A stretch of 64,000 nucleotides of DNA from Candidatus Latescibacterota bacterium (lineage in GTDB: Bacteria > Latescibacterota > UBA2968 > UBA8231): positions 3,456,001-3,520,000 of the forward strand of contig CBDFJF010000002.1 in the NCBI GenBank assembly GCA_965248265.1. The letters are read 5' to 3'. The position numbers and the translations under genes were made by a program. This document shows positions 48,469 through 59,304 of the stretch, piece after piece; position 1 is the stretch's first letter; each line of letters opens with the position of its first letter. A model generated the notes under the pieces. That model was not told the origin of the DNA and did no database searches. It worked only from the letters and a program-made list of their open reading frames with translations.

Positions 48469-50592
48469 CTAATTGAGTCGCTGCAGAATCATCACGCCCT
48501 GTTGTAAACTGATCAGATTGCTCAATTCCCCGGGTTCCAGCTGGAGCACGGCCTCCTCGACTTCTGCTACCATGTCGCCCGGACCGAAGTATCCCAGGTC
48601 ACCTCCCAGGTGGGCGTTGGGCGCCTTGGAAAATTGGGCAGCAAGATTCGCGAACTCTTCGCCATTGTGGAGGCGTTTCAAGATGTCGCGGGCCTCGGCC
48701 TCCGTGTGGAGGAGTATGTAGCGTGCTCGCAGCTTCCCATTCATGATCGCCCGGACGGCCTCCATATTGACGTTAATGGAGTGCAGGATATTGGGATCAG
48801 CGGTCAAGCTCTTCGTGCGCTTGTAGTAGTCGAGGGTTTCCCCGTATCGCTGCAGGCGCGAGTGGAGGAAAGCGATGTTGTTGTGGGCCTCAACGTCTCT
48901 CGGCTGGAGCTCGATGACCTTCTCGTAAGAGCTTATGGCGCGATCCAATGAATCGAGCTGGGTGTAGTAGATGCCCAGAAAACGATAGGCTTCCGAGTTT
49001 GTGGAATCGAAGCTGATGGCGGTGTCCAACTGGGCCTTGGCCTGCTGCGGGCGGCCACTCTGCAGGTACAGTAGTCCGAGATAACTGCGAATCGAGCTGA
49101 CATCAGGAGCCAGCTCACGGGCCTCGTTCACGCAGGCGAGGGCCGAGTCGATCTGGCCGGTCGCGAGGAAGGACTCGCCGAGCATGGAATACACCGGTAA
49201 CTGCCCTGGGCTCTCGCCCAGGGACTTTCGCAAGAGGCCGATCGCCTCGAGCGGGCGTGAAGACATCATGTAAAGGTGGGCCAGCCTGTTGAGGACGTAA
49301 GCGCTACCGGCACCGATGGACCGTGCCTGTTCGTATTTCTCGATCGCCGCCTGGATCTGGCCGCGCTCGGCCAGTAAATCTCCCTCTCCTATGAGCCTGA
49401 CCATCGGCGGCGTACCGTCGATTTGTGTGGTGCTGCTATTATAGTTCGAGGCGGCATCCGTGCTGGAGTTTGACTGCGCGCTCAGTTCACTCCCCGTGGT
49501 CGTCATCGACCAGGCCAGCAACAACAACGTCAGGGCCTGGCCCGGTACGCGGGCGATCTTTCGAGTCCACCGCTTACCATTCTTGCGTTGTTCATTAAGA
49601 TCCGTCGGCAACACTGTCTGCCCGCCTGCCGTATAGTCGGCACGGTTGCGCGTCGCCGACAGCGCCCACACTGCGGCACCGGCAAGCGCCGGAATAACGA
49701 CGTTGATGGCGTACAGAAGCAGGGCGCAATTGAAGCCGACGGCAGGATCGAAGTTGAGCTTGGCGAAAACGAACACTGATGCCGCCTCACGCACACCCAG
49801 ATCCAGAAAGGCAATCGGCAGGAGTGCTTTGGCCGCAAAGATGATGGGAATCGCCAGCCATAGTTCGGTTGAGGAGTCCATCCAGTCTGTCGCCAACATG
49901 AGGAATTGAAAACAGAGAAGGATCTGGAACGTCAACGACAAACCAAGAGACCGGAGCCAGAGATCTCGAGGTACCCGCATCATGGTCCCTACCGCTTCGA
50001 CCATGAAGGAACTCAGGGCTGTAGGTGCGTAGGGGAAGGAATCTCGGATTCCCCCTTCCCCTTTTCCGCGTGTCACCAGTCGGAACCCGACCACGGCGGT
50101 CGCGGAAAACGCAACCGCCACGAATGCTCCTGGTATCGGAGCCAGCCACACCAGAGCCGTCAGGCCAAGGACGACAGTGGCGGCTGCCGAACAGAGACGG
50201 TCAGCGGTGGCAGCACCAGTGGAGGCTGGGCGTGAGTCAGGTGAAAGGACAAGGCCTCGCCCGACCTCGCCAATCCTTCCAGGCGACGCCAATCCCAGGG
50301 CGAAGCCGACCAGGAGCGAGACCAGGCTCTCTTGCCCGGCCGTGTGCGGCCTGACCGATGTCAGCAGTAGGTGCCATTTCTTCCACTGAATGGCCAGTCC
50401 AATGAGGGACAGGCTAATGACCGCAACGATGGACTGTGACTGCAGTTCCCCGAGGATGATCCATACCCGCTCGGGCTCCAGAAAGATGCCGATCAAGGCG
50501 AACAGGACGACCGTTGCCAGGACCTTTAACACCAACGTTGTCAATCGGAGTCGAGGGCCTGTGCTGTCAGTCGTATTGGAGGAGGAAGTCAC
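48469..50592 (-). CDS. LPG-synthase-TM (flippase-like) domain fused to TPR repeats and a parvulin PPIase
   Basis: PGRIGEVGR and LGVREA in the TM region; TPR repeats; FANLAAQFS...GGDLGYF. Confidence 0.8.
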   Translation of the reverse strand: MTSSSNTTDSTGPRLRLTTLVLKVLATVVLFALIGIFLEPERVWIILGELQSQSIVAVISLSLIGLAIQWKKWHLLLTSVRPHTAGQESLVSLLVGFALGLASPGRIGEVGRGLVLSPDSRPASTGAATADRLCSAAATVVLGLTALVWLAPIPGAFVAVAFSATAVVGFRLVTRGKGEGGIRDSFPYAPTALSSFMVEAVGTMMRVPRDLWLRSLGLSLTFQILLCFQFLMLATDWMDSSTELWLAIPIIFAAKALLPIAFLDLGVREAASVFVFAKLNFDPAVGFNCALLLYAINVVIPALAGAAVWALSATRNRADYTAGGQTVLPTDLNEQRKNGKRWTRKIARVPGQALTLLLLAWSMTTTGSELSAQSNSSTDAASNYNSSTTQIDGTPPMVRLIGEGDLLAERGQIQAAIEKYEQARSIGAGSAYVLNRLAHLYMMSSRPLEAIGLLRKSLGESPGQLPVYSMLGESFLATGQIDSALACVNEARELAPDVSSIRSYLGLLYLQSGRPQQAKAQLDTAISFDSTNSEAYRFLGIYYTQLDSLDRAISSYEKVIELQPRDVEAHNNIAFLHSRLQRYGETLDYYKRTKSLTADPNILHSINVNMEAVRAIMNGKLRARYILLHTEAEARDILKRLHNGEEFANLAAQFSKAPNAHLGGDLGYFGPGDMVAEVEEAVLQLEPGELSNLISLQQGVMILQRLN

Positions 50593-50812
50593 CTGTTACC
50601 GTAAGCGGAGAGCTTTGAATGGCTAAGCGCGGAATGAGAGGGAGAGATCGGAGACTGTGGCCTGAGACTGTGGAAGGTGAAAAAGATGAAAATCAGGTGG
50701 GCTCGAGATGGGGTCAAGCATTCTTGACAGTCGCCTTCGCACCCCCCTAACTTTGGCGCCTCCCAAGAGTCTCTTTCCAACGAAAGAAAAAACGCGAGCG
50801 AGGTCCGACAAC

Positions 50813-51958
50813 GTGAATGATCAATACGGCAAACGATTGAACCTCCTGCCATTGGTGGCAGTAGTGGTGGCCTGGTGTCTGCTGGGCGAGATCGCAGCAG
50901 AACCTTACATCGCCTACCGAGAGGGTTACAAGTGCAGCGTGTGCCACGTCAACAAGACCGGGGGCGGAAAACGCAATGCCTACGGCGCGCTCTACACCCA
51001 GACGGAACTGACTCCCCTGCTCGAGTCCCTGGCGGACGGATCGATGGACTTTGAGACCGATCTGAATCCGGCAATTTCGATTGGGGTGGATTTCATGGTC
51101 ACCCATCAGACGCAGTTCTCCGCCGAAGAGGCGCTGGCGCAATTGGACACCGTCTACAAGCAAGACTCAGCCAACAGTTTTGACGTGGAAAGCGGCAATC
51201 TATACCTCGAAGCTATGCTCGTGCCAGGTCGGATGTCGTTCTACCTGGACGAAACAGTGGCGCCTTCGGGCGCCAGTAATCGCGAGGCATTCGTCCTGTT
51301 CGAGGGATTGCCGGCCACCGGTTACCTCAAGGCGGGGCGCATGCTCCTTCCATACGGCATTCGGTTGTGGGACGACGAGAGTTTTATCAGGCAGGTGACT
51401 GGATTCAATTACGACAATCAAGACATGGGCTTCGAGGTTGGTTTCGAACCTGGTCAGGTTGCGCTGAGCGTCGCGATCTCCAACGGAACGCAGGGCGGCA
51501 AAGACAACAATGAAGGCAAGCAGATCTCCACCGTGGGATCGGTCTTTCTGCCGGCAAATGTCATGCTGGGAGGTTCGTTCGCACGCAACAAGTCGAGGGG
51601 TGTTGAACGCCTGGTGATGGGACCCTACGCCAGTGCCCGGCTGGGACCCGTGACGGTGATGGGCGAGGCTGATTGGCTGAAGGATGACTCTAATGGCGAC
51701 GACAACGACCAGTTTGTCGGATTCGCCAGCCTGGAATACTGGCATCGTGAGGCGATCAATTTCAGGTTGGCCTACGACTATCTGGATCCCTACGACGAAG
51801 TCGAGGAAGACGAGCGTAGCCGGTTGACGATCGGCGTCGAGGCTTTCCTCACGCCTCAATTGACTGCCAGTGCGACTTACAAGCTGAAGGAGAGCGTTCC
51901 TCAGGACCTTCAGGGCAATGCGGACGCCTTCCGGTTGGCCGCTCATGCCTTCTTTTAA
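50813..51958 (+). CDS. Outer-membrane beta-barrel with N-terminal CxxCH heme motif
   Basis: Signal peptide, CSVCH, alternating beta strands, terminal Phe; GTG start inferred. Confidence 0.8.
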   Translation: MNDQYGKRLNLLPLVAVVVAWCLLGEIAAEPYIAYREGYKCSVCHVNKTGGGKRNAYGALYTQTELTPLLESLADGSMDFETDLNPAISIGVDFMVTHQTQFSAEEALAQLDTVYKQDSANSFDVESGNLYLEAMLVPGRMSFYLDETVAPSGASNREAFVLFEGLPATGYLKAGRMLLPYGIRLWDDESFIRQVTGFNYDNQDMGFEVGFEPGQVALSVAISNGTQGGKDNNEGKQISTVGSVFLPANVMLGGSFARNKSRGVERLVMGPYASARLGPVTVMGEADWLKDDSNGDDNDQFVGFASLEYWHREAINFRLAYDYLDPYDEVEEDERSRLTIGVEAFLTPQLTASATYKLKESVPQDLQGNADAFRLAAHAFF

Positions 51959-51977
51959 GGTGCCTGGTTGCCTGAAC

Positions 51978-53075
51978 TCAGGTCTTGAACAGCACCTGTA
52001 TCACGTCGCCATCCTCAGGGGTGTAGGTCCGGCCTTCGGTCCGCAGTTGACCTTGGGACCTGAGGGTCGCCCAACTACCGGCATCCACCAGGTCTCGCGC
52101 TGACACCACCTCGGCACGGAGGAAGCCTTTTTCCATGTCGGTGTGAATGCGTCCCGCTGCTCGCGCTGCAGTGGTAGAGTGTGGCAGCTGCCAGGCTTGT
52201 AGCTTCTGATGTGCGAAGGTGTAGAACGTGATCAGTCCAAGCAGATTATATGCCGAGCGAATCAAGCGGTCTATGCCGCGCTCCTGCAAGCCCATCGCCG
52301 ACAGGAATTCTCCTTGCTCTTCAGCCGTAGCCAGAGCGGCTATTTCGGCTTCGATCCCCGCCGCGATCACGAGAATGTTGTTCCTGCCCAGACTCTCGAG
52401 TTCCTCAGGACATTGAAGGAGCTGTCCGTCACCGCTTCGCGATTCATCAACGTTTGCCACGTACAGCACCGGCATGGCGGATATCAGTCCGTAGCCATTG
52501 ACTGAGGTCTCCTGCTCTGGAGACAAAGTACATTCTCGAACCGGGCAGCCGTCAGACAGTTGGGCTGACAACGCCTGAAGGGTTTCGAATTCCGTTCGAC
52601 GAGGTGAACGCGGATCGGTCCGCACAAGCTTGTCGAGTCCGGGCAGAACACTATCGATTATTTCGAGATCGGCGAGGATGAGCTCATCTTCGATGACACG
52701 AATATCTCGTTGCGGATCGAGGCTTCCATCGACGTGGGCGACGCTGGGGTTATCGAAGCAGCGGACCACATGGATCAGGGCGTCTGCACCGCGGATGTCG
52801 GCCAGGAATTGGTTGCCCCTGCCCTCTCCCCTGCTGGCTCCCCGCACCAGACCGGCGACGTCCGTGAACTGGATTGCCGTCGGAGTGCAGCTGTCCGGAG
52901 TGAGTACGGTTTGGAGTTGAGCCAGGCGCTCGTCCGGCACCGCGACGATGCCGACATTCGGATCGATGGTGCAGAACGGGTAGGCGGACGCTTCAGCCCG
53001 GCCCTGGGTAAGGGCATTGAACAGCGTGCTCTTGCCCACATTGGGTAACCCCACAAGGCCAACCGTCAACGCCAT
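51978..53075 (-). CDS. ychF: Ribosome-binding ATPase YchF
   Basis: GLPNVGKSTLFNALT, YPFCTIDPN, DVAGLVRGAS, IHTDMEKGF. Confidence 0.96.
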   Translation of the reverse strand: MALTVGLVGLPNVGKSTLFNALTQGRAEASAYPFCTIDPNVGIVAVPDERLAQLQTVLTPDSCTPTAIQFTDVAGLVRGASRGEGRGNQFLADIRGADALIHVVRCFDNPSVAHVDGSLDPQRDIRVIEDELILADLEIIDSVLPGLDKLVRTDPRSPRRTEFETLQALSAQLSDGCPVRECTLSPEQETSVNGYGLISAMPVLYVANVDESRSGDGQLLQCPEELESLGRNNILVIAAGIEAEIAALATAEEQGEFLSAMGLQERGIDRLIRSAYNLLGLITFYTFAHQKLQAWQLPHSTTAARAAGRIHTDMEKGFLRAEVVSARDLVDAGSWATLRSQGQLRTEGRTYTPEDGDVIQVLFKT

Positions 53076-53080
53076 CGTCG

Positions 53081-54907
53081 TTATTGATCCTGCGCGGATT
53101 CATCCTCCTCGGGCAACAGCATCGGTCGCACGAGGATGGTCTTTTCCCTGCTCAACACGGCCAATCCCGGCGCCGCGCCGCGGGGTTTGCGCACATGCTT
53201 TGCCGCGGTGTAGGAGACGGAGACCTTGTTGGCTGTTCTGCCCTTGCTCCAGTAGGCGGCGACCGCTGCGGCCTCTTCCACGGTGCGGGCACTCGGCTGC
53301 TCCTTGCGGCCGTCTCGTCGCAGCACCACGTGCGATCCGGCATACCCGTGGGCGTGAAACCAGATATCTTCAGGGGCAGCCAATCGGTGGGTAAGGACAT
53401 CGTTTTCACGATTGTTGCGCCCCGCCCACACGATCCACCCAGCGCTGGTTCGATAACGACGGGGACGAGCCTGGGGCTCCTTATCACGACGGTTCTTGTG
53501 ATCCAACGGTGGTAGCTCCCGCATCAAGTGGTCGATTTGATCTTGCGGCAAGCCACCGCGCTCACAGTCACTGGCCAATTGCCGCAAACGCCCGATTTCA
53601 TCCTCAAGCCGGGAGAGATGGGGCGGCAGGACCTCGGCGCGCTTTCTCAGCTTGGCTGCCCTCTTCAGATAGCTGCCGCCCATGTCCGCGATGCTGCGCC
53701 GGGGATCGAGTTCGATCAGGATCCTGGCATTTGTGTCGGCATTGAAGGGGTCTTCCAACTCCAGCCGGTCGGAACCGGGATCGATGTTCTTCGCATGTGC
53801 GAGCAGGACAGCACCTTTCCGGGCACAGTCTTCGGCATCCTTCGTCTCGTCCAGGTCCGCTTGCAACGCAATCCGTTTGCGTTCCAGAGCGCGCAGGCGC
53901 GTGCGCAGAGCCTTGCGTGCACGACGGTGCCGGGTGGATCTGGTGGGAACTGCACTGGTTTCAAGAACCCGAAACCAGTGCTCGATCCCCTCGCTGACGG
54001 TGGCGTGGCTGCTCAGATCCTCCACCTGTCGATCCGGTGCGAGTGCGGAGAACTGTACCGCACCTGCTTCTACCCATGTCGATAAACCAGCGCCTGATCC
54101 GGAGGTGAACAGCGAACTGGCCTCCGACCAGAACCTGTGCAGGTCGTCGTCGCTGCATTCAGCGATCGTGTGCACGGAACTGATGTGGGCGCGGTTCAAG
54201 AGCTCGGTGCAGACGTGCCGGTCGACGCCACACAGATGACGGGTAGCTACGCGCATGAGTGGTTCAGCCCAGTCTTCGCTCCTCATCCGGTCGATGAAAG
54301 CAGCCCCATCATCTTCCCCAGGTAGCAGGCGGGCATTGGGTGCACGAACGTAGGGTTGACGGATGCGGACCCGCTGATCGCCGGCCGGCCCCCGGTTGTT
54401 GCGGAGTCGAGACAGCGACCAGATCCAGATAACCCGCTCGCTGCGCTCAGCCATCAGGATCGTTTGAAAGCGCCGGTGGACGAGTTCGAAGATCAGTCGT
54501 CCGAAACTCTCCGTGCCATCCGGGCCGAGCCGGCTCAGGAGAACATTGATCTGGCGCTCTCGACGATCGGCTTCCACCGCAACTATCCTGGCACCCCGCA
54601 AGTAGCGCTCGCCATCGCTCTCACCTTTGGGGCCAGATGAGCGTTTCGAACCAGCCTGGTCACTGGCAGCATCGAAGGCGGCCGCAGCATCCAAATGAAG
54701 CGCTTCAACCCCAAATCGATTCGTCAGTGTTGCGGCGATCGGCCGGCTCTTCGACGGACGCACGGCGATGAGGAGGGCAGCTGCTTGAGCCGGATCAACG
54801 TCAGCGCCGGGTCGGGGGTACTCCTCGATGGCACAGATTTCATTGCCGACGAGGGTTGCCTCCATCTCGATCGCCAGGGCGCCTATGGTGAAATAGTCGT
54901 ACGCCAC
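53081..54907 (-). CDS. NFACT family protein (RqcH/FbpA-like)
   Basis: C-terminal GRNNRENDVLT, DIWFHA, GSHVVLR, AAYWSK, KPRGAAPG. Confidence 0.9.
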   Translation of the reverse strand: MAYDYFTIGALAIEMEATLVGNEICAIEEYPRPGADVDPAQAAALLIAVRPSKSRPIAATLTNRFGVEALHLDAAAAFDAASDQAGSKRSSGPKGESDGERYLRGARIVAVEADRRERQINVLLSRLGPDGTESFGRLIFELVHRRFQTILMAERSERVIWIWSLSRLRNNRGPAGDQRVRIRQPYVRAPNARLLPGEDDGAAFIDRMRSEDWAEPLMRVATRHLCGVDRHVCTELLNRAHISSVHTIAECSDDDLHRFWSEASSLFTSGSGAGLSTWVEAGAVQFSALAPDRQVEDLSSHATVSEGIEHWFRVLETSAVPTRSTRHRRARKALRTRLRALERKRIALQADLDETKDAEDCARKGAVLLAHAKNIDPGSDRLELEDPFNADTNARILIELDPRRSIADMGGSYLKRAAKLRKRAEVLPPHLSRLEDEIGRLRQLASDCERGGLPQDQIDHLMRELPPLDHKNRRDKEPQARPRRYRTSAGWIVWAGRNNRENDVLTHRLAAPEDIWFHAHGYAGSHVVLRRDGRKEQPSARTVEEAAAVAAYWSKGRTANKVSVSYTAAKHVRKPRGAAPGLAVLSREKTILVRPMLLPEEDESAQDQ

Positions 54908-54938
54908 TTCTCATTCACCCCCCAGACAGCTTTGGGGA

Positions 54939-57722
54939 TCAGGAACTCAACACCCCGAAACTGGCCTCGAGTTTTTTCAGGTTTTCTGCGTATTCCTCCT
55001 GACGCTGACGCTCGCGCTCGACGACCTCGGGGGGGGCTTTTTCCAAGAAGGATGCCTGCTCGAGCTTCTTCTCCAGTCCCGTGAGCAGGCCCTGGAACTT
55101 GGCAATTTCCTTCTTCAACCGGCCTTTCTCCGCCTCCAGATCGATGAGTCCGGCAAGCGGCACGAACACATTGAGGTCTCCGACCACGGCACTGCCCGAA
55201 GAGGGTGGCTGAGGCAACCCGACACCGATCTCGATGTCCTCGGCGTTCGTCAAAACAGCGATGTACTCACGGAGTTCGAGAAGGTTGACCTGATGGGCCT
55301 CCGCCGCGGCCGACAACACGATCTGCACCTTCTTGCCGGGCGGAACATTGAGCTCGCTGCGGATGGTCCGCACGGAAGAAACCACGTCCTTGAGCATGCC
55401 CATCTCCGTCTCGGCCACTTCATCACGATCGGTTGGTCGTGATGAAGGCCACGCCGTAACCATGATGCTGGCTTCGGCTGAGTGGGGGGTGATGGGTAAC
55501 GCTTGCCACAGGGATTCTGTGATGTAGGGCATCACCGGATGCATCAGACGCAACGCCTGTTCAAAGGCCTCGACGAGCACCTGTTGCGTCAGGGATCGGT
55601 CTGCGGTGTCAGTGCCCTGCAGTCGAACCTTGGCCAGCTCGAGGTACCAATCGCAATAGTCATTCCACAGAAACTCGTACAACGTCCGCGTCACATCATT
55701 GAAGCGGTAGGCATCCAGCAGGACGCTGACCTGATCGATGGTGAAGGCCAGCCGGCTGCGGATCCAGCGATCCGCCAGCACCTCAGACGTGGCGGTTTGG
55801 TCCGGAGCTCGATACCCCTCGAGGTTCATGAGCACGAAACGGGCCGCGTTCCAGAGCTTGTTGCAGAAGTTCTGCCCCGCCCTGGCGCTCAACGAGGATG
55901 TGACCTTGTTGTCGGCGATCTCCGCATCGAAGCGGATGTCCTGCCCGGCGCCGGCCTGATGCAGGAGGCTGTAACGGGTCGCATCCGCACCGTAGAGCTC
56001 CACCAAGTCCAGTGGATTCAACCCCGTCCCCAGACTCTTGCTCATGCGGCGTCCGTCCTTCGTCTGCACCGTGGGATGAACCAGGACGGTTTTGAACGGA
56101 ATCTTGCCGGTGAACTCCAGCGACGTCATGGCCATGCGCAGCACCCATAGATAGAGTATGTCCCTGGCCGTGATCATCAGATCGGTGGGAAAGAAGAACC
56201 CGAGGTCTTTTTCGGTTTGCGGCCAGCCAAGCGTCGCGAACGGCCACAGCGCCGACGAGAACCAGGTGTCGAGCACGTCGGGATCACGCACCCACTCACC
56301 GTCCGAGCACTTCGAGCACGGCTCCGGACGGGTGCTGCTGACCACCGGGACCGCGCCACCCTGTATCGAGACGCGGAAGCTGCCCTGCGGGAGCGCCTGT
56401 TCCCGAGGTATCCCGCCCAGGGGGATCAGGCCATCCTCGCCACTGCAGCGGGTGCAGTACCATGCGGGTATTCGATGTCCCCACCAGATCTGCCGCGACA
56501 GGGCCCAATCGCGAATGTCATCGAGCCACTCAAGCGCATAGCCGCCAAAGCGCTCGGGCACGTACTCGATCTGCGAAGATTCGATGTAGGGTCGCGTTTT
56601 CTTTGCGAGAGGCTTCATGTCCATGAACCACTGTTCCATAGGCAAGGGCTCGATCACGGTCCCGCACTTGTCGTGATGTGGCACGGCATGTTCGTGGTCT
56701 TCGACCTTCACCAGCATTCCCTGGGCCTCCAGCGCCTCAACCACTCGATCGCGGCAGGCATAGCGGTCCATGCCAGCGTAGGGGCCGCCGGCCGCCGCTG
56801 TCATGGTACCGTCGAAGTCGATAACCTGAATCTGCTCCAGCTCGTGGCGCTGCCCGATCTCGTAGTCGTTCGGATCGTGAGCCGGCGTGACCTTCACCGC
56901 CCCACTGCCCATCTCGGGGTCGGCGTACTCATCTGACACAATCGGAATTTCACGGTCGGTCAGAGGCAGTCGAAGCCTGCCCCCGATGGCTTCGTGCCAG
57001 CGTTGATCCGTCGGGTGAACGGCCACGGCCGTGTCTCCGAGCATGGTCTCGGGTCGGGTAGTGGCGACGACGACACCGAGATCCCCATCGACGCTGGGGT
57101 AACGGATATGCCACAGATGCCCCTGCTGCTCGATCTCTTCCGTCTCCAGATCAGAAATCACAGTTCCACAATATGGGCACCAGTTGATCATGCGCGTGCC
57201 CCGGTAGATCCAACCGCTCGTGTGGAAGTGTTCGAAGGCCTTCAGAACCGCCTCGGCGTACTCCTCATCCAGGGTGAAACGGGATCGTTCCCAGTCGTAG
57301 CTGCACCCCAGTTTTCGCAGTTGATCGTAGATGGTGTTGCCGTAGCGCTCCTTCCATGCCCAGATGCGCTCCATCATCGCATCGCGACCGATGTCGTAGC
57401 GGGTCTTGCCTTCCTCCTGCTGCAGCTGCTCCTCCACCTTCATCTGCGTGGCGATGCCGGCGTGGTCGGTACCGGGAAGACAGAGGGTCTCGAATCCCTG
57501 CATGCGCTTGAAGCGTGTCACGGCATCGTGGATGGCGTGCTGAATGGCGTGACCCATGTGAAGCTCGCCGGTCACATTCGGTGGAGGAATGGTGATACAG
57601 TAGGCTTGGGCGTCCGCCGGCCTGGCCGCAGCATTGAAAAATCCGCTGCTTTCCCAGTGAGCGTACCATTTTTCCTCGACGACCTTTGGGTCGTATGTTT
57701 TTTCCAGCGTGCTTTCGGGCAT
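54939..57722 (-). CDS. valS: Valine--tRNA ligase
   Basis: PPPNVTGELHMGH, TTRPET, VLDTWFSS, RMSKS, C-terminal coiled coil; start 57722 or 57749. Confidence 0.97.
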   Translation of the reverse strand: MPESTLEKTYDPKVVEEKWYAHWESSGFFNAAARPADAQAYCITIPPPNVTGELHMGHAIQHAIHDAVTRFKRMQGFETLCLPGTDHAGIATQMKVEEQLQQEEGKTRYDIGRDAMMERIWAWKERYGNTIYDQLRKLGCSYDWERSRFTLDEEYAEAVLKAFEHFHTSGWIYRGTRMINWCPYCGTVISDLETEEIEQQGHLWHIRYPSVDGDLGVVVATTRPETMLGDTAVAVHPTDQRWHEAIGGRLRLPLTDREIPIVSDEYADPEMGSGAVKVTPAHDPNDYEIGQRHELEQIQVIDFDGTMTAAAGGPYAGMDRYACRDRVVEALEAQGMLVKVEDHEHAVPHHDKCGTVIEPLPMEQWFMDMKPLAKKTRPYIESSQIEYVPERFGGYALEWLDDIRDWALSRQIWWGHRIPAWYCTRCSGEDGLIPLGGIPREQALPQGSFRVSIQGGAVPVVSSTRPEPCSKCSDGEWVRDPDVLDTWFSSALWPFATLGWPQTEKDLGFFFPTDLMITARDILYLWVLRMAMTSLEFTGKIPFKTVLVHPTVQTKDGRRMSKSLGTGLNPLDLVELYGADATRYSLLHQAGAGQDIRFDAEIADNKVTSSLSARAGQNFCNKLWNAARFVLMNLEGYRAPDQTATSEVLADRWIRSRLAFTIDQVSVLLDAYRFNDVTRTLYEFLWNDYCDWYLELAKVRLQGTDTADRSLTQQVLVEAFEQALRLMHPVMPYITESLWQALPITPHSAEASIMVTAWPSSRPTDRDEVAETEMGMLKDVVSSVRTIRSELNVPPGKKVQIVLSAAAEAHQVNLLELREYIAVLTNAEDIEIGVGLPQPPSSGSAVVGDLNVFVPLAGLIDLEAEKGRLKKEIAKFQGLLTGLEKKLEQASFLEKAPPEVVERERQRQEEYAENLKKLEASFGVLSS

Positions 57723-57959
57723 GGGTGGACTCAGTGGTGTGGCCGGCAATGGACGTACTCACGAACCCATGTCGGGCTCGTGAGCCAATATAGTGTTCGC
57801 CCTCGCACATTGACAATTTTACAGCCAACCTGAATCTGGTTTCTCGGAGGTTTCCGTTCTTCCCAGTTTACTTCCAATCGTTATCATTGATATAATTGTC
57901 ACGACCCTCAATCAGATATCATAGATACGTCGTCGTCGTCTCATCCTCAGGGGCAAGCC

Positions 57960-58883
57960 GTGGTCGACTGGGCCAATCTTGAAACCGAACAGCGCAATCC
58001 CAACAGCGACCATATCGATGAGGTGTCCGCTCTGGAGATCTGCCGGATCATCAACCGCGAGGATAGTGGCGTGGCGACGGCAGTTGAAGGAGCCCTGCAG
58101 GAGATAGCCGCGGCCGTGAATCTGGTTGCTGATTCCCTGAGAGCTGGCGGCCGGCTGTTCTACCTGGGGGCTGGGACCAGCGGTCGCCTGGGAGTGCTGG
58201 ACGCTTCGGAATGTCCTCCGACCTACAACACCGACCCATCCATGGTTCAGGGCCTGATCGCCGGGGGCGAGGCCGCCGTTTTTGGGGCGGTGGAGGGGGC
58301 GGAGGATGATGCGGGTGGGGCCGTCGAGCCGCTCTCAGCGCGCGGAGTTGACCCACCGGATGTCGTCGTCGGCATCGCGGCCAGCGGAGTTACCCCGTTT
58401 GTTATCGGGGGCTTGCGATATGCCCGTGAACGGGGTTGCCGCACGGCGCTGCTGTGCTGCAGCCCGATCCTGGAGCGCGGCGTCGATGTCGATGTCAGCA
58501 TCGTCGTTCCCGTCGGCCCGGAGGTCGTCACCGGCTCGACGCGAATGAAGGCCGGGACAGCAACCAAGATGGTTTTGAACATGGTGTCCACGGGGGCCAT
58601 GGTGCTGTTGGGGAAAACCTTCGGCAATCTGATGGTCGATCTGCAACCCAAGAGCGCCAAGTTGCGAGACCGATCGGGACGGATACTGGGCGCCCTGACT
58701 GGTTTGGCTCCGTCCGAGTCGAACGGCCGCCTGATGGAATCCGGTTGGGATCTCAAGCTTGCCCTGGTTATGGAATTGTGCGATCTCGACCGCGACGCGG
58801 CGGCCGAGCGGTTGGAGCGATACAGCGGCCACCTCAAGCAAGCGGTCGGCTGCCACCCCAAACATCCATCACAGAACCCGTAA
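57960..58883 (+). CDS. murQ: N-acetylmuramic acid 6-phosphate etherase
   Basis: TEQRNP, GAGTSGRLGVLDASECPPT, GPEVVTGSTRMKAGTA. Confidence 0.96.
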   Translation: MVDWANLETEQRNPNSDHIDEVSALEICRIINREDSGVATAVEGALQEIAAAVNLVADSLRAGGRLFYLGAGTSGRLGVLDASECPPTYNTDPSMVQGLIAGGEAAVFGAVEGAEDDAGGAVEPLSARGVDPPDVVVGIAASGVTPFVIGGLRYARERGCRTALLCCSPILERGVDVDVSIVVPVGPEVVTGSTRMKAGTATKMVLNMVSTGAMVLLGKTFGNLMVDLQPKSAKLRDRSGRILGALTGLAPSESNGRLMESGWDLKLALVMELCDLDRDAAAERLERYSGHLKQAVGCHPKHPSQNP

Positions 58884-58902
58884 TACTATTTGGAGACTCG
58901 GT

Positions 58903-59304
58903 ATGCAAGAAGTCGGTTACAGATCATGGGGACTGGTTCCCGTTGACTCAGATCCCACCTCCGGAATGCCTTCGTCAACACATCCACCGATGATTTCCAC
59001 CCTCGCACTCGATCGCGGAGCGAGCCTGGTTATAGAATTCGCCGAGCCGCTGTCAGAGGTGCATCTGCGAATGCGCCTGACCGCGCTGTCAACGGAAGGC
59101 GAAACAGGTTCCAACATGAAGCTGCTGTCGGCGCGCACGGAGGGAGCATTCGAAGCGCTTTCGACGCAGGAGTGGGAGAAGAGTTTCGAGAGCATGGAGG
59201 CCGTGTTTGCGGTCCCTCTGGTGAATGTCGGCGCGTACCTGAAGATCCATTCGCAGGCGAGCACGACGCTCATCATCAGCACGCTCACCCTCAACGTGCC
59301 CTGA
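58903..59304 (+). CDS. Hypothetical protein
   Basis: GGAG before the ATG; fills the gap and overlaps the next start (TGATG). Confidence 0.6.
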   Translation: MQEVGYRSWGLVPVDSDPTSGMPSSTHPPMISTLALDRGASLVIEFAEPLSEVHLRMRLTALSTEGETGSNMKLLSARTEGAFEALSTQEWEKSFESMEAVFAVPLVNVGAYLKIHSQASTTLIISTLTLNVP

